Source of the DNA: a virus
Lineage: Duplodnaviria; Caudoviricetes
IMG/VR virus record: IMGVR_UViG_3300032312_001958
Length of the DNA stretch: 64,000 bases
Direction: 5' to 3' (one strand)
Part shown: positions 8,669 through 19,056 of the stretch, piece by piece
How the letters are laid out: every line of letters starts with the position of its first letter
How positions within the stretch are numbered: position 1 is the first letter of the stretch
Program-made: the position numbers and the translations under genes
The notes under the pieces: model-generated
Told to the model about the DNA's origin: nothing
Databases searched by the model: none
What the model saw: the letters and a program-made list of their open reading frames with translations, nothing else

Positions 8669-9175
8669 TTATCCTTTTAATTCTTCTTTTAATTGGTCAC
8701 AAATTATTGATAAAAAAGATTCGATTTCCCTTTCGAGTCCTTCATATTTTTCAAACAAATTCTCGCCTTCTTCAGACTCAAAATTACATACTGAATAATC
8801 ACCATCAGATGTACAATATATTTCACCGTAAAACTCATCATTACCTATTGTAAAATAACCTGTATGAATAATCTCATCTAATTTTTGTTCTGTAACTTCA
8901 TATTTAAATGACATTTTTGGTATGTTTGGGGCTCCGTCAAAATTCCAAACTTCACCTGTTTGTACCAATTCTTTTGATGATGTCAATTCCTTATCATCTA
9001 AAAATTCGTTAGTTAATGAATAATGGTCTAAATATTTTTTTTCTTTATCTGTTAAAGATTTCATACCTGAAGAATTAATCTTATCAAGTATTGCATCTAT
9101 TTCTTCCATACCTTCATTTAAAAAGTTATCAATTATAAATTTTAACTGAGATTCTTTTAATATTAATTTTTTCAT
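8669..9175 (-). CDS. Leader-bearing protein with DUF6576-like motif
   Basis: MKKLILKESQLKFIIDNFLNE followed by IDAILDKINSSGMKSLTDKEKKYL. Confidence 0.55.
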   Translation of the reverse strand: MKKLILKESQLKFIIDNFLNEGMEEIDAILDKINSSGMKSLTDKEKKYLDHYSLTNEFLDDKELTSSKELVQTGEVWNFDGAPNIPKMSFKYEVTEQKLDEIIHTGYFTIGNDEFYGEIYCTSDGDYSVCNFESEEGENLFEKYEGLEREIESFLSIICDQLKEELKG

Positions 9176-10665
9176 TTTTTATTAACTATTTGAAACTTTA
9201 ATGTTCTTTTATAAGTATCTACCTCACCCGATGTTAATACTTTAATATCTACAAAATACTCATTTGGTATTTTATCTCTTGTATCAAAAATAAAATAATA
9301 TTCATTTGAAGTTCGGTTAATTTGAGTCCAATCTTGTACTTGTACTTCGGTTTGACCTTCTCTTACGTATATTCTATAATAAGCGTTAACTTTTTGTAAT
9401 AATTCATTTGTCGAATAAGCCTTTTTAATTATTACACCTACCTTTCTTATATCGGTATTTAATATTTTTTCATCCTGTTTAATTCCGTAAAAATCAAATC
9501 CAAATAACTCAGGGTCTTTACTCTGTATACCTATTTGAAAAGATTGAGAAAATGGTAATACAATAAAATCATTGGTAATTGAAGGTAAAATATTATTATC
9601 GTATTCTAAATTCTTCCAAACATCATTGTATGTACAAGGATTTGTAATTACAATAGAAGGAACTTCAACTTTATATACCCCTTTAGTAACTAAACAAGTT
9701 GATAAATCTTGAAATAAAACTGTTCCAGTGTTACTAACTATATCAACCAAAGGAGTTGTATCTAAATTTGTAAAATCACCATTAATATAAGAGTATAGGT
9801 ATAAATTGTTTGTTGTGTTACCATAAAAAGAATTCCTGTCATCTTTAATTAAATCATTATAGTTAGTTTCTAAATATGGTTCATAAAAAGTTTGAGTGTG
9901 TCTTGTAAAAAATCCAACAACATAGTTTTCAGTTAAACCTGTTAGTGTTTCTAAATCAGGTAAGAACGCAATTCCCCAACCAGCAATTTGAGTACCATTT
10001 AAGACCGCATTTATTTCTGAAGTCATGTTAAATTCAATATCTTCATTACCAAATTCAAAATGTTGAGTATCAACAATTGTTATTGCGGAGTAATTAATTC
10101 CTCCACCTATTGCGGAATTGGTATTGTCGTATATGCCGGGAGTTTCCCAAGCCGTAGTTGTTGTTAAATTGTACCAATTTGACGGTCTTTCAGAAAATGC
10201 TTTGTCGTTAATTTCTTCACTCGGAGTTAACACTCCTGTTGGAGTGTTAGATGTTTTGTTTGTTGGATAGTAATCGTATCCAACCCCTTCGTCCCAATTA
10301 ACAAAATTATTATTACTATCGTATGTGGAAGGTATTCTAAATAAAATTAAATCAAACGAAGTTGCTCTTTTTACTCCTTCAGAATCTTTAGTATTTAATA
10401 ACTCCTCATCAAAAGATGAGGTATTTGTCATTCGTAATGTATGAGTTATTTGACCATTACAGTCAGTTGTGATTATTCCATTATTGTATTTTTGTATTAA
10501 ACCACTTAAATCTAAATTAAAAATAAATCTTGAATAAGACGTATTTGTGAATGACTCTGAAGTTGGTCCAAAATAAAGTTGTGTTACAGGATTTCTACCT
10601 GTATTAGTATAACTATTGTATAATAATGTATTATTCTTGCTAAAATAAGATTTATGAACTGACAT
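9172..10665 (-). CDS. Putative virion/baseplate structural protein
   Basis: T/N-rich beta-type sequence, SRFIFNLDL and WDEGVGYDY motifs, adjacent to the spike gene, with the late motif upstream. Confidence 0.55.
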   Translation of the reverse strand: MSVHKSYFSKNNTLLYNSYTNTGRNPVTQLYFGPTSESFTNTSYSRFIFNLDLSGLIQKYNNGIITTDCNGQITHTLRMTNTSSFDEELLNTKDSEGVKRATSFDLILFRIPSTYDSNNNFVNWDEGVGYDYYPTNKTSNTPTGVLTPSEEINDKAFSERPSNWYNLTTTTAWETPGIYDNTNSAIGGGINYSAITIVDTQHFEFGNEDIEFNMTSEINAVLNGTQIAGWGIAFLPDLETLTGLTENYVVGFFTRHTQTFYEPYLETNYNDLIKDDRNSFYGNTTNNLYLYSYINGDFTNLDTTPLVDIVSNTGTVLFQDLSTCLVTKGVYKVEVPSIVITNPCTYNDVWKNLEYDNNILPSITNDFIVLPFSQSFQIGIQSKDPELFGFDFYGIKQDEKILNTDIRKVGVIIKKAYSTNELLQKVNAYYRIYVREGQTEVQVQDWTQINRTSNEYYFIFDTRDKIPNEYFVDIKVLTSGEVDTYKRTLKFQIVNKK

Positions 10666-10689
10666 TTATAAATGGTTTATTTATAAATA

Positions 10690-12225
10690 TCAATTAATAC
10701 GAATATTTTGGTTTAAAACAGTATTTCTAGCGTCAGCTAAAGCATCTCTTAACTTTTGTTTAGTTAATTTTCTAACACCATATGGACCTTCATCAGGAGA
10801 TTCATTCGGGTTATGTACGTGGTCAGTAACAAAATCAACTATCAGGTCTAATAAGTCTAACAATTTTTCTCCTCTAACTGAAGAGTTAGTTTTATCAACA
10901 AAAGATTCTAAATCTTCAATATTTAATGTGTCAATAGTATTTGATAAATTTACTTCTTCAGTACCAATTGATTGTAAATGACTTAATAAAAATATTGTGT
11001 CGGCACCTATTGTCGTATAAGTCTCATCTATTTTTTCAACTTCTTTTTCAAATACTTCTTCTTTTTTAGGTTTTGGTGGTTGTACCAATAAATTTTTACC
11101 ATAAACTATAGATGATTCTGAAGATGTAAAATATTTTACAAAATTTTTAAAATCGTTAGAATTTTTATTTATAATTGGATTGGAATTTCTCAACCCATTT
11201 GTAATATTTGGCCCAAAACAAAAGAAAGATGGGTATCTAGGTTCTTTAATTTGAAAATTTGGCATCGGGGGCATATTAATTAATCCCAAATCGCCAAATG
11301 ATTTTTCTAAAAATGTGTTAATTAATGTAGTTGCGGACACCAACGATAGAGAGTTAAAAGTGTATTCAAATAATGTACTACCTATAGAATCTGAAAAATC
11401 AGTGTCTTGAGTAATGTTGGTCGATAAAGTTTTTTCACTTTCTAATAGTTCATAAATTTTTACACTTCCTGTAAAAGTACCATTAATCGGAGGATTTGGA
11501 TTACTTTCTAAATTATCGACATCGTAAATAATTAATTTCTTAACAGGAATAGAATCAGTTTGATTATACAAAAAAATTGTAGGTTCCGGATTTGTGGTTA
11601 TTTTTTCTTTAAAGTGTGATAAGTTTACGAATGCTCTGTTAAAATTTCTTTTTGGAATTTGGTTAGGTACAAATTCATAAACTTTACCGGCCCTTAATAA
11701 TAAACTATTTTGTCCTAAAACCACATCTGAGGTTCCTCTTCCCATAACCGCAACTTCTGAATTTTTAGGAAAAACCCCTTCGATGTTTTGGTTAATTAAT
11801 TTTGGAGACCCGTAATTAAACGGTTTACCTTTTGTATTTGATGATGGACCAACTAAAGATTTTGGTTGAGCTATATTATCTCCCTGTCCTGTATTCGCTA
11901 AAGTTTGTTCATATGTCTCACCTCCAATATTCAAAATGTTTGACGGAGAAAATTGTATCCAATATTGGTCTTGAAAAGTACTCTCAAATGGATTAGCGTA
12001 AAACAATAAAACAGTCTCACCTTCTTGAGGTGCTTGATTAAAAAAAATAGGTAATAATGAAACAAAAACGTATGGGTCATTATCCGACCATTTTGTAAAT
12101 GATGTTTTATTTAATGCCGTCTCATCAATTCCTTGTGGGTATGCTCTTATTTTAAGTGTGCCTGGTTGAGACGCTCCGTCAACGTTTAATACCTTACCTA
12201 ATTTTATTATTTTTTTATTTACCAT
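10690..12225 (-). CDS. Baseplate central spike/hub protein (gp5/gpV-like)
   Basis: N-terminal OB-like segment (P.eGE.V), GRG.SD...LLRAGK, and C-terminal RGEKLLDLL...HVH (H-x-H apex motif). Confidence 0.65.
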   Translation of the reverse strand: MVNKKIIKLGKVLNVDGASQPGTLKIRAYPQGIDETALNKTSFTKWSDNDPYVFVSLLPIFFNQAPQEGETVLLFYANPFESTFQDQYWIQFSPSNILNIGGETYEQTLANTGQGDNIAQPKSLVGPSSNTKGKPFNYGSPKLINQNIEGVFPKNSEVAVMGRGTSDVVLGQNSLLLRAGKVYEFVPNQIPKRNFNRAFVNLSHFKEKITTNPEPTIFLYNQTDSIPVKKLIIYDVDNLESNPNPPINGTFTGSVKIYELLESEKTLSTNITQDTDFSDSIGSTLFEYTFNSLSLVSATTLINTFLEKSFGDLGLINMPPMPNFQIKEPRYPSFFCFGPNITNGLRNSNPIINKNSNDFKNFVKYFTSSESSIVYGKNLLVQPPKPKKEEVFEKEVEKIDETYTTIGADTIFLLSHLQSIGTEEVNLSNTIDTLNIEDLESFVDKTNSSVRGEKLLDLLDLIVDFVTDHVHNPNESPDEGPYGVRKLTKQKLRDALADARNTVLNQNIRIN

Positions 12226-12430
12226 TTCTAGTCTGATATTCTTCTAAGATTCTATTGTATAATGACTCAACTTCATCAAAATGATTAGTCATTTTTAAAA
12301 TAATTTGTTTCGTAGTTTCAAAGTTTTCTTTTAGAAAATCCATTGCGGTCTCTAATTCTTTATTATTTTTATTTTTATAATCTTTGATTATCTCCAAAAT
12401 TTTTTCCGAGTTCTTATCTGTTTGTATCAT
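12215..12430 (-). CDS. Hypothetical coiled-coil protein
   Basis: ORF overlapping the next gene in the operon. Confidence 0.6.
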   Translation of the reverse strand: MIQTDKNSEKILEIIKDYKNKNNKELETAMDFLKENFETTKQIILKMTNHFDEVESLYNRILEEYQTRNGK

Positions 12431-12432
12431 AA

Positions 12433-14394
12433 TTAAAACTTTTTACCGTATGCTGATGATGGTATAGTTGTACCTCCACCAAATGCCGCGACAGCGAGTG
12501 CAGGTATTGCAATCTGTACTTTACCATTTGCTGCTTCTTCTTCCGCCATAGATTTCATTTGCGCCAATTTTGCCAATACAAATTTATTTGGAGCTCCACT
12601 TGGTAAAGAACCTGTTGGTATTCCTAATTTTTGTAATTCTTCTAATGTATTTAAAAATGCTCTAGTGTAAGAATATCCATCTAAAGCCTGTGACGCAAAA
12701 AGTAAAGGTAATGGTATTGAACTACCCAAACCAGTTGTTGCGATTTTGAATAATTTTAATAATTCATCAATCACTGATTTACATTGCCTATAATCAGATA
12801 TAAAACTTGCAACAACAATTAATAATTGAACTAGTTTAGTTATCATTATAATTTTTGTAGATGCTTTTTCTTTTGCCAAATCTTTTACAATGACTTGTAA
12901 CAATTCAAAAATATCTTTTTTTATTTGTTCAAATAATTCTTTAATAAAAATGGAGACAATTTTTGAAATTAAATTAACCACCAATTTTTTAAATTTTTTA
13001 AAAAAATCCCCAACATTATCAATTAAATAATCAATATTCTCACCAGCGGCTTGAGTTAATGATTTAATCATTATCATCAGTGGTAATATTACTTTAGGTG
13101 ATAAAACAGACATTACTAAACCTATTGGTAAATTTTTTAAAAAATCGGTATTTAAACTTAATTGGTATGCAGGTAAATTAACTGATGAATTAATATATTT
13201 ATCTTTTTCTAAATTACTTAATATAGAATCTGTTAAATTTTGTATTAGTTCAAGTTCATCATTTTTACTTGTACCACTCAAAATTTGTTCTAAATTTTGA
13301 AATATTAATTCACTATCAATTGGTAATTGCACATTATCACAATCAGTTAATTCAATTATACCATTTAGAAATTTAGTTCTCTCTTCTTCAATTTGACGTA
13401 AATTTAAAGATGTTAGTTCAAAAAAATCTTCATCAATACCATCTAATTCAGGTATTTTTGATGACCCCTGAACATCAATTTCAGTTGCTGAGTCAAAACA
13501 TAAACCTAAAATTCTTGTAATAAATTTATTCATTTTAAGACTTGCGTCCAAAGTATTTGTACCCGCTTGTACTGATAATGCTCCAGTAAGTAAATCCGTT
13601 ATTTTACCAGCATATAAGTGGGACTCGATAATATCTATACTTTGATAATAATCGACAATAAAACTTGATACTTTGTTTGCAATAGGACCTGAATTATCTT
13701 GTAACCTATTAGATAACTCAACTTTAAAAAATTGACCACTATTACCTTGTCCGTCAGTCTCTACAAAGGTTATATTAAATAAATCTTGACCTGATGCACC
13801 TTTATATAATAAACCTTGGTTATTTGGAGAATTTTGATACGACTCATTAATATTTTGAGTCCTGTTGTATAATTCTTTGTTTAAACTTTTTTTAGTATCT
13901 GACGAGTTAAATGATTTTTTTTCGTAATAAATTTTACCTCTTTTTGTGTTTGGGTCTATTTGTAACTGTTTAAAAAAATCAATTGAATTAACATTAATAT
14001 ATACTGGTTCGTTTGAAATGAATTCTTGTTCTGAATCACAATTAATTGCATTTATAATTTCTTGTATTATTAAATTACGTATTTCAGGTTTTTTCTTTTC
14101 AATTGTTTGAATAAATTTATTTTTTAAATAATTAACAGTATTTTTACCTTTACCCTTAGTTAAGGTATTAATGTCAAATAACTGAGAAAATTGATTTTTA
14201 GTATCCTGTTTAATTTTTTCAGCATTTTTTTTAAGTTCGTCTAACCCTACTTGACCTTTGGATAATAATGATTCTAAATTATCCCCTTGATTCTTTAAAA
14301 CTTCTTGCAAAGAAGTTTTGGCTTCCGTGTAAGATTTAACGGAGCTAATTTCAGATTTTAAATTCTCATAACTATCGTCTAAATCTATAACCAT
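12433..14394 (-). CDS. Large hypothetical protein, probably virion-associated
   Basis: 653-aa ORF in the baseplate operon with a hydrophobic helical C-terminal part. Confidence 0.55.
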   Translation of the reverse strand: MVIDLDDSYENLKSEISSVKSYTEAKTSLQEVLKNQGDNLESLLSKGQVGLDELKKNAEKIKQDTKNQFSQLFDINTLTKGKGKNTVNYLKNKFIQTIEKKKPEIRNLIIQEIINAINCDSEQEFISNEPVYINVNSIDFFKQLQIDPNTKRGKIYYEKKSFNSSDTKKSLNKELYNRTQNINESYQNSPNNQGLLYKGASGQDLFNITFVETDGQGNSGQFFKVELSNRLQDNSGPIANKVSSFIVDYYQSIDIIESHLYAGKITDLLTGALSVQAGTNTLDASLKMNKFITRILGLCFDSATEIDVQGSSKIPELDGIDEDFFELTSLNLRQIEEERTKFLNGIIELTDCDNVQLPIDSELIFQNLEQILSGTSKNDELELIQNLTDSILSNLEKDKYINSSVNLPAYQLSLNTDFLKNLPIGLVMSVLSPKVILPLMIMIKSLTQAAGENIDYLIDNVGDFFKKFKKLVVNLISKIVSIFIKELFEQIKKDIFELLQVIVKDLAKEKASTKIIMITKLVQLLIVVASFISDYRQCKSVIDELLKLFKIATTGLGSSIPLPLLFASQALDGYSYTRAFLNTLEELQKLGIPTGSLPSGAPNKFVLAKLAQMKSMAEEEAANGKVQIAIPALAVAAFGGGTTIPSSAYGKKF

Positions 14395-14756
14395 TATAAT
14401 TTTAAATTAATGTTAGTATCAGAATCAATGTCCTTTTCAATCAGACCTTTTAAAACCTCATCATCAAATTCAGACAAACTAAAAGATTCTGTTTGTGAAT
14501 TTTTTTCCCAAATATTTGCTTGTAACTTTGAAAGACTTAATTTTTTTTCAACACACTCGTTAATTATTTTTTGTTGTTTTTCTATAACAGGTCCAATTAA
14601 AGTCATGTCTTCAGGTTCTTTCATCATAGAAATCATTTTATTTTGAATTCTTAAAGCGGTTGACCTCTGTTCAACTAATTCGTTGTAAATTTCTTGCATA
14701 AGCGCTTGTAGAGAATCTTTGGTAAAATTAATTTCTTTTTTTCTTGGTTTGGTCAT
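14394..14756 (-). CDS. Hypothetical protein
   Basis: ORF preceded by TATTTAT-N4. Confidence 0.65.
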   Translation of the reverse strand: MTKPRKKEINFTKDSLQALMQEIYNELVEQRSTALRIQNKMISMMKEPEDMTLIGPVIEKQQKIINECVEKKLSLSKLQANIWEKNSQTESFSLSEFDDEVLKGLIEKDIDSDTNINLKL

Positions 14757-14784
14757 ATAAATAAATATAAAATTAACTATTTTA

Positions 14785-15531
14785 TTAATCTTCTTCAGTT
14801 TTGATTATATTATCATAAAGTATTTTATATTTTTTCATACTTGTTCTAATTTCTTTAGTTGAAAGATTTGTCATTTCCCTTAGAGATAATAAAATTAAAT
14901 TTTTATTAAATTTATTATTATCAGAAGTTTGAAAAATTTGTTTGTAGTTTTCTAAAATATCACATAACGCAACTCCTAATTTATATTCATTGGTACTTTC
15001 ATGGAACTCATTTGATTTTTCCTTAACTATTTCTAATAGTTTAATTAAAATATTTTCTTTATTATCCTCGTCTTCGTCTATGTAGTAGGCCATACTCGGG
15101 TTATTTTCTAAATCACCTGATATATCTTCGTATGAAATTTTTCTGTTCTGTTCTTTTTGGTCTTTTAAAATTTGACCCATTAAATAATTTTTACAGATAG
15201 TACCAAAATACGAGTATGCTTTCTTTTCTTTTGACGGACTAAACTTTTCAATTTTAGTCATTAAAAAAGAATGTGTGTCAGTATGAATTTCATAAAAATC
15301 CATATCTTTTCGATATAATTTATACCTTCGTATAATTGAAGATATCATTTTATCTAAAGGGTGTCTTAAATAATCATTATAAATCTTGTTCTTTTCGTCA
15401 AAAGTAGAGGCGGTTAAAAACATTCTAACCGCCATCTCTTCTCGTTGGTCAAAGTAATTCTCATTTTCAGATTTACCTTTTTTACCCTTTTGAATGATTA
15501 TTGTTGTTTGTCCTGAATAATCATTGGTCAT
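14785..15531 (-). CDS. Phage RNA polymerase sigma factor (gp55-like, probably late)
   Basis: NYF near the N-terminus and region-2-like KIEKFSPSKEKKAYSYFGTICKNYL (compare gp55 FDP.K..NpfAYfT). Confidence 0.7.
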   Translation of the reverse strand: MTNDYSGQTTIIIQKGKKGKSENENYFDQREEMAVRMFLTASTFDEKNKIYNDYLRHPLDKMISSIIRRYKLYRKDMDFYEIHTDTHSFLMTKIEKFSPSKEKKAYSYFGTICKNYLMGQILKDQKEQNRKISYEDISGDLENNPSMAYYIDEDEDNKENILIKLLEIVKEKSNEFHESTNEYKLGVALCDILENYKQIFQTSDNNKFNKNLILLSLREMTNLSTKEIRTSMKKYKILYDNIIKTEED

Positions 15532-16337
15532 TAAACTTCTTGTGGTTCGTATTTTATGTTTCGGTCTTCAATAAAAAAGTATTCTTTTTTCGCGGAATTA
15601 ATCCAAAACTTAACCTCATCCTCCGATAATACGTTATCACCATTTTTGTAATTCCAAAAAATTCCTCCTTTTCGTAAATTCATATGTTTGTAACCTAATT
15701 TAGGTATTGTCATAATTTTTACTGAATTATATGTTAAACGTAAAAATAATTCGTACACAAAAGTTAATTTCATTGATGGTTTAAATCCTCCAAAATCAAT
15801 AAAAGTATCTTTTTTGATTACCATTCCTGATGTTTGAAAATTTTGGTAATTTTGTAAAGTTTCATTTGTTAAAAATCCCATTTCTTGACTGAAATTTGCT
15901 GCGAATGTTGCTTCATTAGTAAACCCCGCAAAAACCCCTTTATCATCAACATCAACAACAATAGGTAAAAAACAATTTACATCATCATAAACTTTTGAAT
16001 ATTTCTCAACATTTTTGAACCAAATTTTAGAATATTCATCGTCAAATTCAGCAATTGTTACCCATTTTGTTTTTGACTCTGCAACCCCTAAATTTACTTG
16101 TTCACAAAAATTAGGTTCTAAGTTCCATTCAATTTTTCTAACATTTAATGAACCAAAATCAAAAGATTTTAAATGTTCTACTAAAAGTGTTTCAGGGGTG
16201 TGTATAATTATTAATTCTTCGGGTTGAACTTCCTGATTCTGAATAGACTGTATTGATTTTTCAAAAAATTCAGTGAAAAAGGGAGAAACCGCTGATTTGA
16301 TTGGTAAAATTACCGTTAAGTCAATTTTGTTTTCCAT
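15531..16337 (-). CDS. Glycosyltransferase, GT2-like
   Basis: LTVILPI, VNLGV, EFDD, FIDFGGF. Confidence 0.8.
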   Translation of the reverse strand: MENKIDLTVILPIKSAVSPFFTEFFEKSIQSIQNQEVQPEELIIIHTPETLLVEHLKSFDFGSLNVRKIEWNLEPNFCEQVNLGVAESKTKWVTIAEFDDEYSKIWFKNVEKYSKVYDDVNCFLPIVVDVDDKGVFAGFTNEATFAANFSQEMGFLTNETLQNYQNFQTSGMVIKKDTFIDFGGFKPSMKLTFVYELFLRLTYNSVKIMTIPKLGYKHMNLRKGGIFWNYKNGDNVLSEDEVKFWINSAKKEYFFIEDRNIKYEPQEV

Positions 16338-16338
16338 A

Positions 16339-17397
16339 TTATGCTTCTACTTTAAATTTATTAATTTGTTGTGAAAAATACTCTTCTCTAGCTCCCAAAT
16401 ACCTATCAAAAAGGTCAATTACAGTAGTACTGAATTTTTTATGGTCTTGGTAAGATTTAGAAGTTTCTAACCCATTAGAATATAATTTTTCAGAAATATT
16501 ATCCTCAATCCAATTTTGGATGTAATCTGCAGTGTAATCAATTAGTTTATCTGATTCAGTAACCCATATTCCATTATCTTGATTTAACCAACTTGGAGTA
16601 ATACTAGGTAAAAGCCCAATTACTGGACAATTTGAAGCCATAGATTCTAAAGGATATGTCCCAAAAGAACTTTGATTGTCTATCCAAACCGAAAGACAAG
16701 ACTCTTTTAATGTGTTTGAAAATTCTTCTTCAGATAATGCTCTCATATCTCTAAAAGTTACCCATCTGAATTGTGGGAATTTTAAATAGAATTTTTTAAT
16801 AAAATTCACACCATCTCTTTGTTCTCTCGAATGTACCGCGACAATAGGTTTTGCGGGGAATTTAGATACTGAGAATTTTTCAGAAATAACAGGCTCAATA
16901 ATATCGTATGATACATTTTTCATTATTGGAGAGATGTAATCTTTTAACCACTCACTAGTGATAATACATTTAGGAAATCCTAAAGATGACCAAGATTGTC
17001 CTGGTGATAATGTTTCAGTAATCCAATCCGCTGATTGACATAAAACAATTTTAGCACAAGGTAATTTTGTTATTTGAGGCATTATGTACCCAAAAATTTC
17101 AGGAATAATAACAAAATCTTCAGGAGAAATCTCCAATTGTTGTCCTTCTACTGATGTATGGGGTAATTCCATAAATTCGGAACCTAACCATTCTGAAACA
17201 CCAATGTAATCTTTTTGTTCATGTAAAATAATAGGATTATAACCATTATTTTTTAACGTCATAGCGATTCTATAAGTGTGGGCAACCGACGCTTTAGCGT
17301 TCCCTTTGGTGTCTTGAACAAAAAAATAAATTCTAACTGATTTATTTTTTAGGTTCTCAACAGACTTTTGTAATTTTTCTAAATTTGTTTGTTCCAT
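16339..17397 (-). CDS. Glycosyltransferase, GT-B/GT4-like
   Basis: DFVIIPE and SFGTYPLESMASNCPVIG. Confidence 0.75.
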   Translation of the reverse strand: MEQTNLEKLQKSVENLKNKSVRIYFFVQDTKGNAKASVAHTYRIAMTLKNNGYNPIILHEQKDYIGVSEWLGSEFMELPHTSVEGQQLEISPEDFVIIPEIFGYIMPQITKLPCAKIVLCQSADWITETLSPGQSWSSLGFPKCIITSEWLKDYISPIMKNVSYDIIEPVISEKFSVSKFPAKPIVAVHSREQRDGVNFIKKFYLKFPQFRWVTFRDMRALSEEEFSNTLKESCLSVWIDNQSSFGTYPLESMASNCPVIGLLPSITPSWLNQDNGIWVTESDKLIDYTADYIQNWIEDNISEKLYSNGLETSKSYQDHKKFSTTVIDLFDRYLGAREEYFSQQINKFKVEA

Positions 17398-17410
17398 ATT
17401 TTATTTATTA

Positions 17411-17677
17411 TTAATATTTTTTTAATATTCCGATGTTTAATAACGTATTCCAAGCGAGTTTGTACGGAATACTTACCGCACTTTTAGGTCCCAACGCTTC
17501 ATCCGCGTCTTCTCTTTCAGTAATTAAAACATCAATCATAGTTTTAATCATTTCATATTTTACAACAGAAATATGTTGTTCAGTCTTACCCGACTCATCT
17601 GTAGTTGGTGCTAAATTTACTTGATTTTCAATAGATGAAATATCTAAGTAATAATGTTCATTAAATAAGGTCAACAT
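17411..17677 (-). CDS. Hypothetical protein
   Basis: 88-aa ORF within the operon. Confidence 0.65.
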   Translation of the reverse strand: MLTLFNEHYYLDISSIENQVNLAPTTDESGKTEQHISVVKYEMIKTMIDVLITEREDADEALGPKSAVSIPYKLAWNTLLNIGILKKY

Positions 17678-18329
17678 ATTTTATGTCCTCAATTTTTTTA
17701 ATTAAATTTTTTATTGTATCTATCTCACAATTTGCAATTACATCTTTGTTATATGAAGTTTTAAATTTTACACATTTTTTAGGGTATAATTTAATTAATT
17801 CAGGATTTGAAGTAATAACTACATCATAGTTAGAAAGTTTTTTTTGTAAATTGTTATTATTGTAAAAAATAACCGAATCAATCAAACAACCAAACTTAGA
17901 AATAAAAAAAAGTGACGCTGGTTTTGATTTACCGGCACCTTTAGAAAAAATAGAAAACTCGTAATTTTCTTTATTACTCTCAATTAATTCATTCAAAACT
18001 ACAAACGTATCCATCTCAGTTGACGGAGCGTGACCAAAAATTTGCATTACAAAATCTTCGTACAAAAAATTATAAAAATCATACTCCGTTGGAAATTTAA
18101 AATGTTCTTTTAAATCTAAATTATTTATAGGATATGTCATTTCGTACCTAAATTCTTCTGTTAACTCGTTAAGTTCGGTATTACCTGATTCATCTAAAGT
18201 ATATGTTTTAATAGGTTCTGAAAACTCATCAGAAAAATTTTCTAAATAATTTTTTTCATATACTTGAGATATTTTTAAAAATGTATCTCTTAAAACTCCA
18301 TCTAAATCTACCCCAACTTTAGTTTTCAT
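17661..18329 (-). CDS. HAD-family 5'(3')-deoxyribonucleotidase-like protein
   Basis: VGVDLDGVLRD motif I and C-terminal tSYN. Confidence 0.7.
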   Translation of the reverse strand: MKTKVGVDLDGVLRDTFLKISQVYEKNYLENFSDEFSEPIKTYTLDESGNTELNELTEEFRYEMTYPINNLDLKEHFKFPTEYDFYNFLYEDFVMQIFGHAPSTEMDTFVVLNELIESNKENYEFSIFSKGAGKSKPASLFFISKFGCLIDSVIFYNNNNLQKKLSNYDVVITSNPELIKLYPKKCVKFKTSYNKDVIANCEIDTIKNLIKKIEDIKYVDLI

Positions 18330-19056
18330 ATCTTTTTAAAATTTTAGAAATTATAGGGTTTCGAACAATGTCTTCGTCCCCAAAAACATGAATTGCAATA
18401 TCGTCAACGTCTTTAAATTTATCCAACGCGTCAAATAACCCCGAATGTTTTTTATCTTTATATCTATCAGTCTGTTCAATATCACCTGATATAAAAAATT
18501 TACTACTAAACCCAATACGAGTTAATAATAATTTCATTTGACTTGGGGATGAGTTTTGAGCCTCTTCAAATATAAGAATTGAGTTGTCAATGTTCATCCC
18601 TCTCATGTAAGCCAAAGCAAACACTTCAATTACTTCTATTTGTTTTAATTTTTCTCTTTGTTCTTTACCAATTATTTTATTTAATAAATAAAAAGATGGG
18701 AAAATATAAGGGTCTAATTTTTCTTCTAAATTTCCTGGTAAAGAACCTAATTTTTCCTCAGCTTCAACCGCCGGTCTTACTATGATTATTTTTTCATATG
18801 GACTTCTTGGGTCTTGTAACAAATCAACCGCACATTTCATTGCAATAAAACTTTTACCAACACCTGCCGGACCTGAACAAATTGTAATTTGATTGTTAAC
18901 TAATTTATCGTAATATTCTTCTTGTCCTTTTGATAAGAATTTATTTTTAGTCTTACCTTTAATAATTTGGCTAATTTGTTCCTTTTTACTAATCTTTGGT
19001 TTTACCTCTGTTTGAAAAGTTTGAGGTTCTTTAAGGGTTGTTTTTCTTCTAGTCAT
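18319..19056 (-). CDS. phoH: PhoH-family ATPase
   Basis: GPAGVGKS, RPAVEAEEKLGSLPG, YMRG, EEAQN, GDIEQTD. Confidence 0.95.
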   Translation of the reverse strand: MTRRKTTLKEPQTFQTEVKPKISKKEQISQIIKGKTKNKFLSKGQEEYYDKLVNNQITICSGPAGVGKSFIAMKCAVDLLQDPRSPYEKIIIVRPAVEAEEKLGSLPGNLEEKLDPYIFPSFYLLNKIIGKEQREKLKQIEVIEVFALAYMRGMNIDNSILIFEEAQNSSPSQMKLLLTRIGFSSKFFISGDIEQTDRYKDKKHSGLFDALDKFKDVDDIAIHVFGDEDIVRNPIISKILKRYEN

